From Nematocida ausubeli (taxonomy: Eukaryota), in NCBI RefSeq assembly GCF_000738915.1, contig NW_026515634.1, positions 186,001-250,000 on the forward strand: 64,000 nt of DNA, written 5' to 3'. The notes beneath the pieces are model-generated. The model did no database searches. It was not told the DNA's origin and saw nothing but the letters and a program-made list of their open reading frames with translations. Of this stretch, positions 20,045 through 29,736 are shown piece after piece. Each line of letters opens with the position of its first letter. Positions within the stretch are counted from its first letter, which is position 1. The translations under genes were made by a program, and so were the position numbers.

Positions 20045-22741
20045 ATGAATATATACCGTTTGATCAAATTACTAACACTGTCTGTTGTGTGTGGTAAAAT
20101 CACCAAAGATGATCTAAAGGCGATACAGCAGATAAAAATAGCACAAGAGTCATCTGTAACACTTGCTATAAACCCCACAGGGCCTCTTACCATGCTGTTT
20201 GAATATATTTCTCACATTGCAGGATTTATGCATAACAAGAGGTTTTTTTCTCCAGAAATTAAAACATGCTATACGCTTGAAATGCATCCAGTGTCGACAA
20301 ATCCCGTGAGCAGATTTAATTCAAAGTTTGAGAGAAGCCCAGTAGATGATAAAGCATATCAAACTGAAAGCCTTGGCTCTAAAACACCAAAGTATGTTAT
20401 TGAGTATCACAAAAGGCTAATCAACATGTTTCCGTCCGCAACAGGAGATCTATCTATCCAAGCAGGAAGGCCTGATGCACTGACCCGATTTCTAAAGGCC
20501 GAATCTGTGAGCTTTCATGCGCCTGACATTCTTGCAGCACTGTTTCTTCTCTCTGAGGGAGTGGATATTGATATTAAAATTGAAAATGTCGGTAGTGTGA
20601 AAAGTCTTGTTCTGAGAAAAAGAAATGGACAGGACGAGCATTTCCGTGTCAATATGAGAGTTATGGAGTACAACTGGAATATTAAAAAGGAAGAGGAAGT
20701 ATTCCATAGTGAAACAGCTGAGATAATTAGCTTTTTCATTCGAAACACCGATAGCTCTTTTCTGAAAGTAAATAGAAGATTTTCAGAGCCAAAGTCTTTT
20801 GATCAGTTTGTAGAGGGACACTTTCTAGACACGCCATCATTCCTAATACAGTCTTATATATTTGAATTTATGAATAATGCAGCAGAAGTAGAAAAGCTAA
20901 TTCGATCTGTCTATAACATTCTGCATGAGTATGTATCCGAGCCAGAGGGAAAGCAGCACCCAATATCACGCAAGCTTGCTAATAAAGCCCAAAAGGTATT
21001 TAATAGCTGCTTTATGCCAGAAGAGTCTTGCCCAGATAAAATGGAATACTTAGACATGCTTCAGGATATTCAAAAAGCTGTAAGTATTGCTAAGGTGTTT
21101 CCCTTCTCAGATGCTAGCCAGCTACCCTCCTACATAATTATTCCAGTGTACAGACGCAAGGAAAAGAAGTTTTGTACACAGAAAAAGTTTAGCAACTGTG
21201 TAGAAACATGTCTTCTTTCTCTGTTCTGCTGCCTTGCGTATGACATCAGCAAAGATGAATACACAACAGAGCACATAGAGAGTGCGTCTGATCACTTAAA
21301 AAGATTCTTTTCCACGAACTATAAGCCATTTGAAAGCACTGATTTCCAGATGCACCTGGACTGGTGCAAAGTTGTGTCAGATCTAGATTGCCCAGATATA
21401 GACTACACTCATGAAAGAAATGAGATTCAGACGGGATTACTAAATATTTTGTGCCTCATTCTTAAAATCACCGGGCGGTCTCAGGAGGAGCGCAATACCA
21501 TCTCGCAGATTATAAAAGCTCTGAATGCAGGCATAGATCCAGCTGTAGAAATATACAGCTGGCTAAAGGAGTATATGCAATACCTCTTCCAGTCACTGTT
21601 CAAGAGTGGGACCATAACAGTATGCTGCAGCTCTCTCTACAAAGCAGCTAGAGCTGGAGGGAAAATAGACATTTTTGGGACTATTTCTATATCATCGGTG
21701 TTTAATGGAATCGAAAACAAGCTTGAATTGAACCTAACCTATAGACATACAGATATCACTGTCCTCCCGCAGAAGATGGTTTCTTCATGTGAACAGCTTT
21801 TATTGCTAGAGAGCATTGAGGGCAAGCTAGTGCAGAAAAATAACAAGCCCAGTTACCTTCTTAGGCACTATGTTCATATAATGACAGAAAAATTCAAACT
21901 ACTCCAAATAACTACTGCTGTTGATCGCAGAGAGGAAATAATGTGCATAAAACATAATAGATTTAGGGAAATCAACAAACTACTAATGCTCGGAAAGATA
22001 TATGAAATACAATACAAGAAGGAGCTTTTTGCATGTATTTTAATGTATGCTTTGGATGAAAACCTAACCCTTGAGCATCCTGAGCTAAAGCTTGCGCTAA
22101 ACATTCTTGGAAGTACGCCACTTAGTGACTTCAATACTCAAATAACAATGATGCCAAGTCTCAAATACAGCGGAATATATAAGCTATGCAGTGATCAGAT
22201 TCGAATATCAGAAGAGGGCTATAATTCTATTCTAACATACACATCTGAAACAAACAACATCTTCTCGTATGTACTGGATATGAATGATCCCGAATATTTG
22301 CTTTCTTTTCTGGAGGCATTCATGCAGATAGAATTTACCTGCGCAATTACATTCTCTCCATTAAAAACAGCTGTCTATACGGAAAAAATCTTTGACTTTA
22401 TATGCAGAAACAGCTGCATGGACTGCATAGAGAAAATTGACGGCCTTATAGAGAAACACTGGAAGAAAGATAAAAAAATGAAGGAAAGCCTGCATGCTTC
22501 TTGGTTTTTCTATGCATGCAATAGCTCAAATCCTATGCCTTCATTAATAGTAAAGTTCTATGGTATGCTGAATCAATCTATAAATACAATTCATTTCATG
22601 TATACAAATAGAAAGACAGACTCTAAAAACATTTTAGAAGTTATTAATGGCATGAAAGATACGCTGTGCTCATTGGAAGGAGGGCGAATTAAGTTTGACA
22701 ATGTGCTTTTCACGATTTCTCGTTTGCAGGAGATAAGATAG
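20045..22741 (+). CDS. Secreted large-gene-family protein (NCVE...H type)
   Basis: Signal-peptide-like N-terminus; shares NKRFFSPEI, FPSxxGD, LSEGVD, FLIQSYIF and SNCVE..LFCCLAYD with the island paralogs. Confidence 0.85.
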   Translation: MNIYRLIKLLTLSVVCGKITKDDLKAIQQIKIAQESSVTLAINPTGPLTMLFEYISHIAGFMHNKRFFSPEIKTCYTLEMHPVSTNPVSRFNSKFERSPVDDKAYQTESLGSKTPKYVIEYHKRLINMFPSATGDLSIQAGRPDALTRFLKAESVSFHAPDILAALFLLSEGVDIDIKIENVGSVKSLVLRKRNGQDEHFRVNMRVMEYNWNIKKEEEVFHSETAEIISFFIRNTDSSFLKVNRRFSEPKSFDQFVEGHFLDTPSFLIQSYIFEFMNNAAEVEKLIRSVYNILHEYVSEPEGKQHPISRKLANKAQKVFNSCFMPEESCPDKMEYLDMLQDIQKAVSIAKVFPFSDASQLPSYIIIPVYRRKEKKFCTQKKFSNCVETCLLSLFCCLAYDISKDEYTTEHIESASDHLKRFFSTNYKPFESTDFQMHLDWCKVVSDLDCPDIDYTHERNEIQTGLLNILCLILKITGRSQEERNTISQIIKALNAGIDPAVEIYSWLKEYMQYLFQSLFKSGTITVCCSSLYKAARAGGKIDIFGTISISSVFNGIENKLELNLTYRHTDITVLPQKMVSSCEQLLLLESIEGKLVQKNNKPSYLLRHYVHIMTEKFKLLQITTAVDRREEIMCIKHNRFREINKLLMLGKIYEIQYKKELFACILMYALDENLTLEHPELKLALNILGSTPLSDFNTQITMMPSLKYSGIYKLCSDQIRISEEGYNSILTYTSETNNIFSYVLDMNDPEYLLSFLEAFMQIEFTCAITFSPLKTAVYTEKIFDFICRNSCMDCIEKIDGLIEKHWKKDKKMKESLHASWFFYACNSSNPMPSLIVKFYGMLNQSINTIHFMYTNRKTDSKNILEVINGMKDTLCSLEGGRIKFDNVLFTISRLQEIR

Positions 22742-23532
22742 CTTAAATCGCTGTTCTTTCGCAATCCCTAAACAAGAACCAAAGAATTAGAATAAAAGAG
22801 CTATTTTGCGGCTTTTCAAATTAAAGATTTATAATTTAGCAGAGAATCACATGCTCTTTTATTTTATCATAGCCCAGCTAAAAGGCAAGACAATAAAAAG
22901 CACATGATAGAAGCAGTATACAGAACTAGCATCAAAGTATACCTTGGTTGTTTTTTCTATATGGATTGGTGCTCTCTGGGATACTACTCTAGACTACCCC
23001 ACAGCCTGCCCCACTATATAACTACTATGCATATGTTAAATACACATATAAATAGCATAAAGACAGCTGTGTCTAGAATATCATTTTTTAAAAATCACAT
23101 CCCCTATGTATAGTATGATTCTTCTTAGACTCTGCAACTAATTGTGCCCAAGACTGCCTATATTTCATAATTTAGTTGAAAGCTGCGCATATTGCAAAAT
23201 TGATTACTAGCAAGACGCCTTTTATCTAGAGGCAAGAACTGTCTCTACCAACATATACCAAGCAGAAACATCTTTTAGCATACATTTCAAATTTTCAAAA
23301 TAGCACTATTCTCTTTTACTATGTAATAGCTATATGCCTATAAATAAACTCAGAAAATTCAATAAACAGCCAAGCACGATATGGCTAGAAATAACCTGAA
23401 TTTCCTGTGAGTGCTGCAAGTATATTCCATTGATTCAAGAAATATTGCATGATTCAGCAGTGATACTGAAAGAGCATGCTTTTTCACACAGTATATGGGC
23501 AGTTATTACTTGTAACTGCTAAAAATATTTTT

Positions 23533-23817
23533 ATGTTCTGCAGCTCATGCGAGAAGTATTTAAACATATGCTCGCTGGTGTGCAGCTTCTGCGGGAAAAA
23601 GAATGCTCTTAAATTAGAGCCGAAAAGATCGCTGCAAAAAAGCTACGCCATGCAGACAACAAAAGAAAGACACAAGGGGGCAAAAATCAAGGAAGAGTGC
23701 CCAGACTGCAAATCTGAATATTTGTACTATTATACAATGCAGCTGCGATCGGCTGATGAAGGGCAAACCGTTTTCTACGAGTGCGACTGTGGATACAAAG
23801 CAAAACTCAACACATAA
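23533..23817 (+). CDS. RPA12: RNA polymerase I subunit A12
   Basis: Two zinc ribbons (FCSSC..CSFC; ECPDC..) and QLRSADEGQTVFYEC; start at MFC ATG 23533. Confidence 0.9.
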   Translation: MFCSSCEKYLNICSLVCSFCGKKNALKLEPKRSLQKSYAMQTTKERHKGAKIKEECPDCKSEYLYYYTMQLRSADEGQTVFYECDCGYKAKLNT

Positions 23818-23854
23818 ATAATAAAGCAGAAAGTTTACTAAAAAATATATTTGG

Positions 23855-25108
23855 ATGAGCAGAGAGAAAAGACAAAAAAGAGCAAAGAGACAAGCTAGCT
23901 CAGAAGAGGAAACAGAGAGCAGCTCGAAAGACACCTACAGTGAAACAACCCAGCTTTCTGAGGAAGAGCAGAGCGAGTATGCTAGTGAAAATCATACGCC
24001 CGAAGATGTTCTGAGCCCTGGATTTGAGAGCGATAAGGAGGAGGAGCAGATGCAGCTCAACCCTGAGATGGATGGAGACATCGATGACGACATGGTTGAA
24101 TATGCACACTCAAACGATGGAAGCGGTTCTATTGATCGATCGAACTCGCTTGAGAAGGGAGACTTTGGATACTCTGATGATAAAATTAAAAGAGAGGAAG
24201 AGCATACTAGAGAAGATATGTCTTCTCCTTACGCATACTCAGACCAAGAAAAGCCAGATTTGGAGGCAGAGATGGAGGAGCAGAGCGAGGAGAACGGCAC
24301 TGAGGCTGGGGAGACCAGCCAGCCCTATCATCCCAAGGAGGAAGAGAATTCGTGCGAAGAGGATGACATTATTGAGTGCCGAGAAACCACTCTTCCTACT
24401 AAGACAGAGAACAGCAAAAAAAGACATCTTGAAGATCACGATGCGCCTTCTAAAGTGGCTAAAACTGAGAGTATAGAAGAAGAAAAAAGGTATCCGGTCA
24501 GCAGCGAGGCAGATGAAAAAATGCAGGCGTATCTTGAGAAAAACACTAGCCAAATACTTGACTTAAGAGAAAGAGGATGGAAGCGCAACAGCAGACCTTT
24601 GCTATGGAGGCCCAGTGTAGAGGCTTATGATGAGGAAATAAGCCAGGTCAATGAGGAAGCCATCCTACAGCGGTTCAGAACCCAGATAGAGAATCCAAGC
24701 ATGTTCAATGTTAGAAAAATAAAAGCAGATCCATACTATGCAAAGCAGCAAATACAAAGTAGAAAACATCTCACAAAGTCTGATCTGCTAAGAGTTAAAG
24801 AAAGAATGGAAACAAGCAAGATAATAGAAGTCCAGCAAGTTCTAAGGAGAAAAACCCGAATGGAAAAAGATATGCTAAACAAAACAAGAAATCTTCATGT
24901 AAAGTTAAAGGAGATAGGGCACCAAACAGAAGCATCTGATATTTTTGCTCTTCTGACGCAAGAGTACATATTTCAAAAGAAAGACATAGTGCAAAGCATG
25001 GAAAGCATGCTAAATGATCTATCGTACATACACAACAGGGCAGGAGAAAACAAACAGTATCTTTTAAAATGCATTGATTTTATTGAACAATCTGTTGTAA
25101 TTGAGTAG
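23855..25108 (+). CDS. Hypothetical protein, acidic disordered N-half and coiled-coil C-half
   Basis: 417-aa ORF with N-terminal basic NLS-like stretch. Confidence 0.75.
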   Translation: MSREKRQKRAKRQASSEEETESSSKDTYSETTQLSEEEQSEYASENHTPEDVLSPGFESDKEEEQMQLNPEMDGDIDDDMVEYAHSNDGSGSIDRSNSLEKGDFGYSDDKIKREEEHTREDMSSPYAYSDQEKPDLEAEMEEQSEENGTEAGETSQPYHPKEEENSCEEDDIIECRETTLPTKTENSKKRHLEDHDAPSKVAKTESIEEEKRYPVSSEADEKMQAYLEKNTSQILDLRERGWKRNSRPLLWRPSVEAYDEEISQVNEEAILQRFRTQIENPSMFNVRKIKADPYYAKQQIQSRKHLTKSDLLRVKERMETSKIIEVQQVLRRKTRMEKDMLNKTRNLHVKLKEIGHQTEASDIFALLTQEYIFQKKDIVQSMESMLNDLSYIHNRAGENKQYLLKCIDFIEQSVVIE

Positions 25109-25560
25109 ATAGATAGAGTATGAAGAAGTTTAAAGCGCTGTTTATGGCTCTGCATAATTAGCAGGGCCTCTGGTGTTCATGCATTTGTATTAGTGTGGAT
25201 TTCACTGCATACCAGAGCTACTATAGACTAACAAGCTACTTATCTTACTCATGCATTGGCGTGGGTATTTGGCTTAATAATAAGTGCCCTGCGTGCTCTT
25301 AATAAATAACCCCATCTAGTAATGCTTTTCAAGATTTTTCTATGGGTTTGTGTGTGTTGGTTTTCCATCGCCTAGAGTGCATGAAACCTTCTCTCCGGGT
25401 CAGCAATGTAGATTGATGTTGGTTATTGCCTCCCGGGTTTTGGCTGTAGGCCAACACGCTACAAGGGGCTCTACGCACCAGTTACATTAGATGGCTTAGA
25501 CTCTTGCTATTTTATTTATTTTTGAGAAAATAATTAACCACCTTCAAAAATAACGTAAAA

Positions 25561-25931
25561 TGCTTCTTTTGGAAATTTTCAGAAGCTTGGGTAGCTGATT
25601 TTTCCTCTTCGAAATATTAGACTTGGTCATACTAAACCTGGATATAATTTATTTCTCATCGTCTATATATAGTTTTATTCGTGGGAAAAGGATAAATTAA
25701 CTTGTTAATTAATTACCTTTAATTAATTAAATAATCTATTTCCCACAACGGATCGTAATGTGACACCAAGTGTCACATTAACATAGATCCCTATACTATG
25801 ACACGTAAACAAGTAGAGCCCCTTGTAGTGTGTTGGCCTAACCAAAGCCCGGAAGGCAATAACCAACATCAATCTACATTGCTGACCCGTAGCTAAAGGT
25901 TTCAATGCCCTTGAGGCAAGGAAAACCAACA
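25561..25931 (-). repeat. Inverted solo LTR nested in the 5' LTR
   Basis: Reverse complement begins TGTTGGTTTTCCTTGCCTCAAGGGCATTGAAACC, carries the TATA/ATG tail and ends ...GAAGCA; the interrupted 5' LTR resumes with CGGGTTATATC at 25932. Confidence 0.8.
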
Positions 25932-26017
25932 CGGGTTATATCTAGATTTAATATAACTAGAGCTTTGAGAAAGCATATAAATATAAGACAAAAAAATTTA
26001 AAAAAACAAAGCTTAGT

Positions 26018-27829
26018 ATGACTAAGTCTAATATCTTAAAGAGGAAAACTCAGCTAGAAGCAGACAGCGATGACTCTTCAGACCAACATTCAGCAGAAAT
26101 GCATAGCGGGAATAATGGGAGTACAACAGAGATTCTTACGCACTTAAAGCGTCTTCCTTTAAAAAACGGAAGTGAAAGTAGTAGAAGGAAGTTTTTGATG
26201 ATGGAAGCTTGTGTTCCCAAATGGGCTGGATTAAGTCCATGTCAGAAGATTTTCTTTATTGAAGAAGAATTATCTAGCCGCAGCGAGACCATAGAAAAGA
26301 GGATCTATACTCTATTTAAGTTTCACATTGCTAGTGTTGGAATTCCTTTTGAAAACTGGACAAAGGAACTGTACGAAGAAGCCATAGAAGTTCTCCATAC
26401 TCTTATTGACAAAGAGCGTGTATCGCCTCTTGTAAAACCCCCACGAAAAGGAAAAGGCACATGGATGGCATGGTTTGAGAAGTTTATGCCTTATGTCACC
26501 TATACACCATATAGTTGGGAGGAAGTCAGAATAGAGTTTACACGAAAGGCTACTACGTATCATGCTGCATTGTTAGTTGCATGGCAGCAAGAGGAGAAAA
26601 CTATTACAGCAGGACTTAAAAATCTGTATGCTGAGTGTTTGCGTTTAGATGAGCTAGAGGTGCAGGAACCGCAGACTAGAGATTCGTCTGGATTGACGTG
26701 TAGACAATGTGGTCTTGTAGGACACATGGCTAAGAATTGCAGAAAAAAGAACAATAATAGTAGTGAAAATGCTAGAACTGCACGATGGATGCAGTCCTTA
26801 GAGAATTTTTCTTTTACTCCGAAGTATAAGAGGGGGGAAGAGATGATAATCCCAGATGGTCTTTCACGACTTTATGAAGCTCCTTCAAAGAAATTACATG
26901 TACCTGCTAGGTTAGAGCAGAGGGCGTGCAGTGAATCAGTATTAACACAGTCAGATTATGATAGAGTAACAAGAATTCATGAGGAATTAGGACACCGTAA
27001 GAGCATTAGAATTGATTTAGAAATGCGTGGTATTAATGTTACTAGTATGGAACTAAGGAAGATTTTAGAATCTTGTAGGGTGTGTCTAGAGAGAGACAAC
27101 CAGTTTACGAAGCATAATTCTTATATTGATACTGATGAGCCAGGAGAGCTGATGGGCATAGATTTGATGGAATATGCAAATAAGTATGTGATAGTGATGA
27201 TAGACTATTATACTAGGATGGCCTTCGCTAAGGAAGTAGCAGTAAAGCAGGCAGGCAAAATCAAGGACTTCGTTATGGATGTATATAAGGAATTTCCGTT
27301 TAAGAAGATCATTGCAGACAATGGAAAGGAGTTTGGGAATTCCGTATTGTTGGATTGGCTAGATTCTAAGGGAATCGATATTTATTTTAGGCCACCTTAC
27401 TACCACGAAGGGATAGGGCGAATTAAAAGATTGATTCAAACTCTTCGGGAAAGTTTGAACAGAAGTAAGGGTGCACTTAGACGTAAGTTGGTACGGGTAG
27501 TTAAAGCATATAATGCTACAGTACATCGAGCAATAGGGATGCCGCCGTTGCACGCCATGGATGCTGAGAACCGCGAGAAGATAGAGTCTTCTATTGCAAA
27601 GTATAAGCGGGAGTTCGGGAGAACAGTGAGACTGGAATTACCAGTAGGCCAGAAAGTACTGATCAGGAAAGAAATACGCACTAAGGATGATAAACATTTC
27701 GAGGAAATGGGGGTTATTGAGTCATTGGAAGGATATGACACTTATTGGATTAGACTACCAGGAGATAAGCTCATTAAGAGAAATCGGAGTCAGTTAAAAC
27801 CCGTTGGAGAAATTAGTGATGGATGCTAG
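26018..27829 (+). CDS. Gag(zinc knuckle)-RNase H tail-integrase in-frame fusion
   Basis: CRQCGLVGHMAKNC, then ARWMQSLENFSF..PDGLSR, HHCC zinc finger (HEELGH..CRVC), IDL / ADNGKEF / RIKRL core and GPY/F-like C-terminus. Confidence 0.85.
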   Translation: MTKSNILKRKTQLEADSDDSSDQHSAEMHSGNNGSTTEILTHLKRLPLKNGSESSRRKFLMMEACVPKWAGLSPCQKIFFIEEELSSRSETIEKRIYTLFKFHIASVGIPFENWTKELYEEAIEVLHTLIDKERVSPLVKPPRKGKGTWMAWFEKFMPYVTYTPYSWEEVRIEFTRKATTYHAALLVAWQQEEKTITAGLKNLYAECLRLDELEVQEPQTRDSSGLTCRQCGLVGHMAKNCRKKNNNSSENARTARWMQSLENFSFTPKYKRGEEMIIPDGLSRLYEAPSKKLHVPARLEQRACSESVLTQSDYDRVTRIHEELGHRKSIRIDLEMRGINVTSMELRKILESCRVCLERDNQFTKHNSYIDTDEPGELMGIDLMEYANKYVIVMIDYYTRMAFAKEVAVKQAGKIKDFVMDVYKEFPFKKIIADNGKEFGNSVLLDWLDSKGIDIYFRPPYYHEGIGRIKRLIQTLRESLNRSKGALRRKLVRVVKAYNATVHRAIGMPPLHAMDAENREKIESSIAKYKREFGRTVRLELPVGQKVLIRKEIRTKDDKHFEEMGVIESLEGYDTYWIRLPGDKLIKRNRSQLKPVGEISDGC

Positions 27830-28232
27830 CAAGTTTAATGGATGGCGTCAAAAGAGAATAAATGCTTCGGGCTTTATTATAATTTGGACCAGTCGCTCTG
27901 ATGGAAGTTTCTTTCGAGAACTGTTATTTACCGTGTCGCTCAACTAAGAAATAATTACTGTGAGTGTAATTAGAAAGTAGGTCATGGGAGGCATATCCAG
28001 GTAAGTCCTCGGGAATATTCTTAGTTGTAGGAAGGTTGACTACACCTTATGACAGAGGTTGTGTGGAGATTGGGGTAAACAATCAGATACTTGTAGTGCA
28101 CGACAATGTATCAATCCAGCATCCGCCGTATTAGTTATCCTCAGGTGAGGTTTTTAGTTTTTCCTTTTGACAACTGACGATTGCAAGGGTTTTCTTTTTT
28201 AGTTGGTAAGCAAGCAACCCAGGTTTATGCTT

Positions 28233-28242
28233 AGCGGGGGGA
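28233..28242 (+). other. Polypurine tract
   Basis: AGCGGGGGGA immediately before the TG start of the 3' LTR. Confidence 0.75.
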
Positions 28243-28532
28243 TGTTGGTTTTCCTTGCCTCAAGGGCATTGAAACCTTTTCTCACCGGGTCAGCAATGTA
28301 GATTGATGTTGGCTATTGCCTTCCCGGGTTTTGGCTAGGCCAACACGCTACAAGGGGGCTCTGCTTTGTTTTATTACGCCTACGATCAAACGATTATAAA
28401 TGGCATATACTGCTATTTAAGATATGGCATCATTTTGATATTGGCGAGGTCTATAAATAGACGATGAGAATTCGGGTTATATCCAAGTTTAGTATGATCA
28501 AGTCTAAAACTTCAAAAAGGAAAACTATCTAG
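28243..28532 (+). repeat. 3' LTR
   Basis: TGTTGG start, TATAAATAG near 28452, AGTATGATCAAGTCTAA tail homologous to the gag start; end approximate. Confidence 0.8.
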
Positions 28533-29736
28533 TGTAAAAAGTATGTATTTGTGTTAACTGAATTACTAACTTACCCCAATGTCTCACTATCTTTGTATAG
28601 AGATGTTTTTAAAGGATCCATGAAACAATAAATCTGGGAAATTCTACATATGTGTACATAGAGATATCCAACCCTCAATATTAAATGGACTCAGCACCTA
28701 TAAGGATTAATTTTGATGAAGTGGCTATGTACAAGTGTTTTGATAATAGGATAAATTGGGCTGACAGTCTGGTATGATAGTGTCATTAGAAGATCTGATG
28801 GTTATGCATTGATGAATTTCCACGATGTTATTGATAGGTCTATACATGCTAATTCTGTTCTTTATTAGTCTTACATACTCTTTTTGTTTGGAATACATCT
28901 TTCTCTACTTTTTATACTTGCCTGTTCATGGTTCTTTAGATTGTGCTGGTTCTTGTATTTTTCGGTGTCTTTGCTTTTTTTACATGATACAAATCCTCCA
29001 ATAAATAAACTCAAGTTACAGTAGAGATGAATGCTTTATTTTTGCAGCAATCATTATAAAAATAAAACCATAGCATGAGAATATACAGAAAAATAAAGAG
29101 AAAGGGCAGTGCCCAAACTAGTTACATATAAAATTACTTATGGATGCCATATTAAACCCATTTATTAAATTATGGGTTATATTATTAGAAGACCTATGTA
29201 CAGGAATGCTAATTAAATTATACATAGCAAGAAGTATGTAGTATTTGTCTAAAACATGGATTTTTTTCTGGAATCCAGAAGTCGATCCTATAAAGCACAG
29301 AATAAGTGAGAAATCCGTAAAAACAGCTTAATGCTCTGTACATGCTATCACCTGGGTTTTCTCGGAAATATTAGTCTCTACTTTCCTATCTAGCATCTAA
29401 TTTATTTATTATTGTATATCTATAGATCTTTAGATAGCTATTAATCAATATGATGCCATAAGAATGTAATCTTACTTAATAGCCAATGAAGAGTGACAGC
29501 ATGCGTCATTATACCCAATTAATATGACTGAATACATGCAAACAAGCAGAGTCTCTTGTAGCGCGCTAGCCTATAGCCAAATCCAACCTCTCTTTTGTAG
29601 AATTTACTAAAAAAATATTATGGAAATAAAATGATCTGTCAACACTCAATGTGTTTATGATATGAATCATTATCGATTAATTATTCCATTTTAAATGCTT
29701 AAATACAAAAATGTCTAAAGATTTCAGTATTGAGAT

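Larger units (their letters stand above)
25355..28532 (+). mobile_element. Internally deleted, non-autonomous Ty3/gypsy LTR retrotransposon
   Basis: LTR-like repeats starting TGTTGGTTTTCC at 25355 and 28243, polypurine tract before the 3' copy, gag-integrase ORF between; 3' end approximate. Confidence 0.85.

Noticed and set aside
25355..28532. DIRS-like inverted terminal repeats or a CRISPR-like array
   Set aside because: Integrase is DDE-type and a PPT is present; the inverted copy is better explained as a nested solo LTR; no regular repeat-spacer pattern
28560..28860. Possible decayed large-family C-terminus (YPNVSLS)
   Set aside because: Similarity too short and interrupted to support by eye
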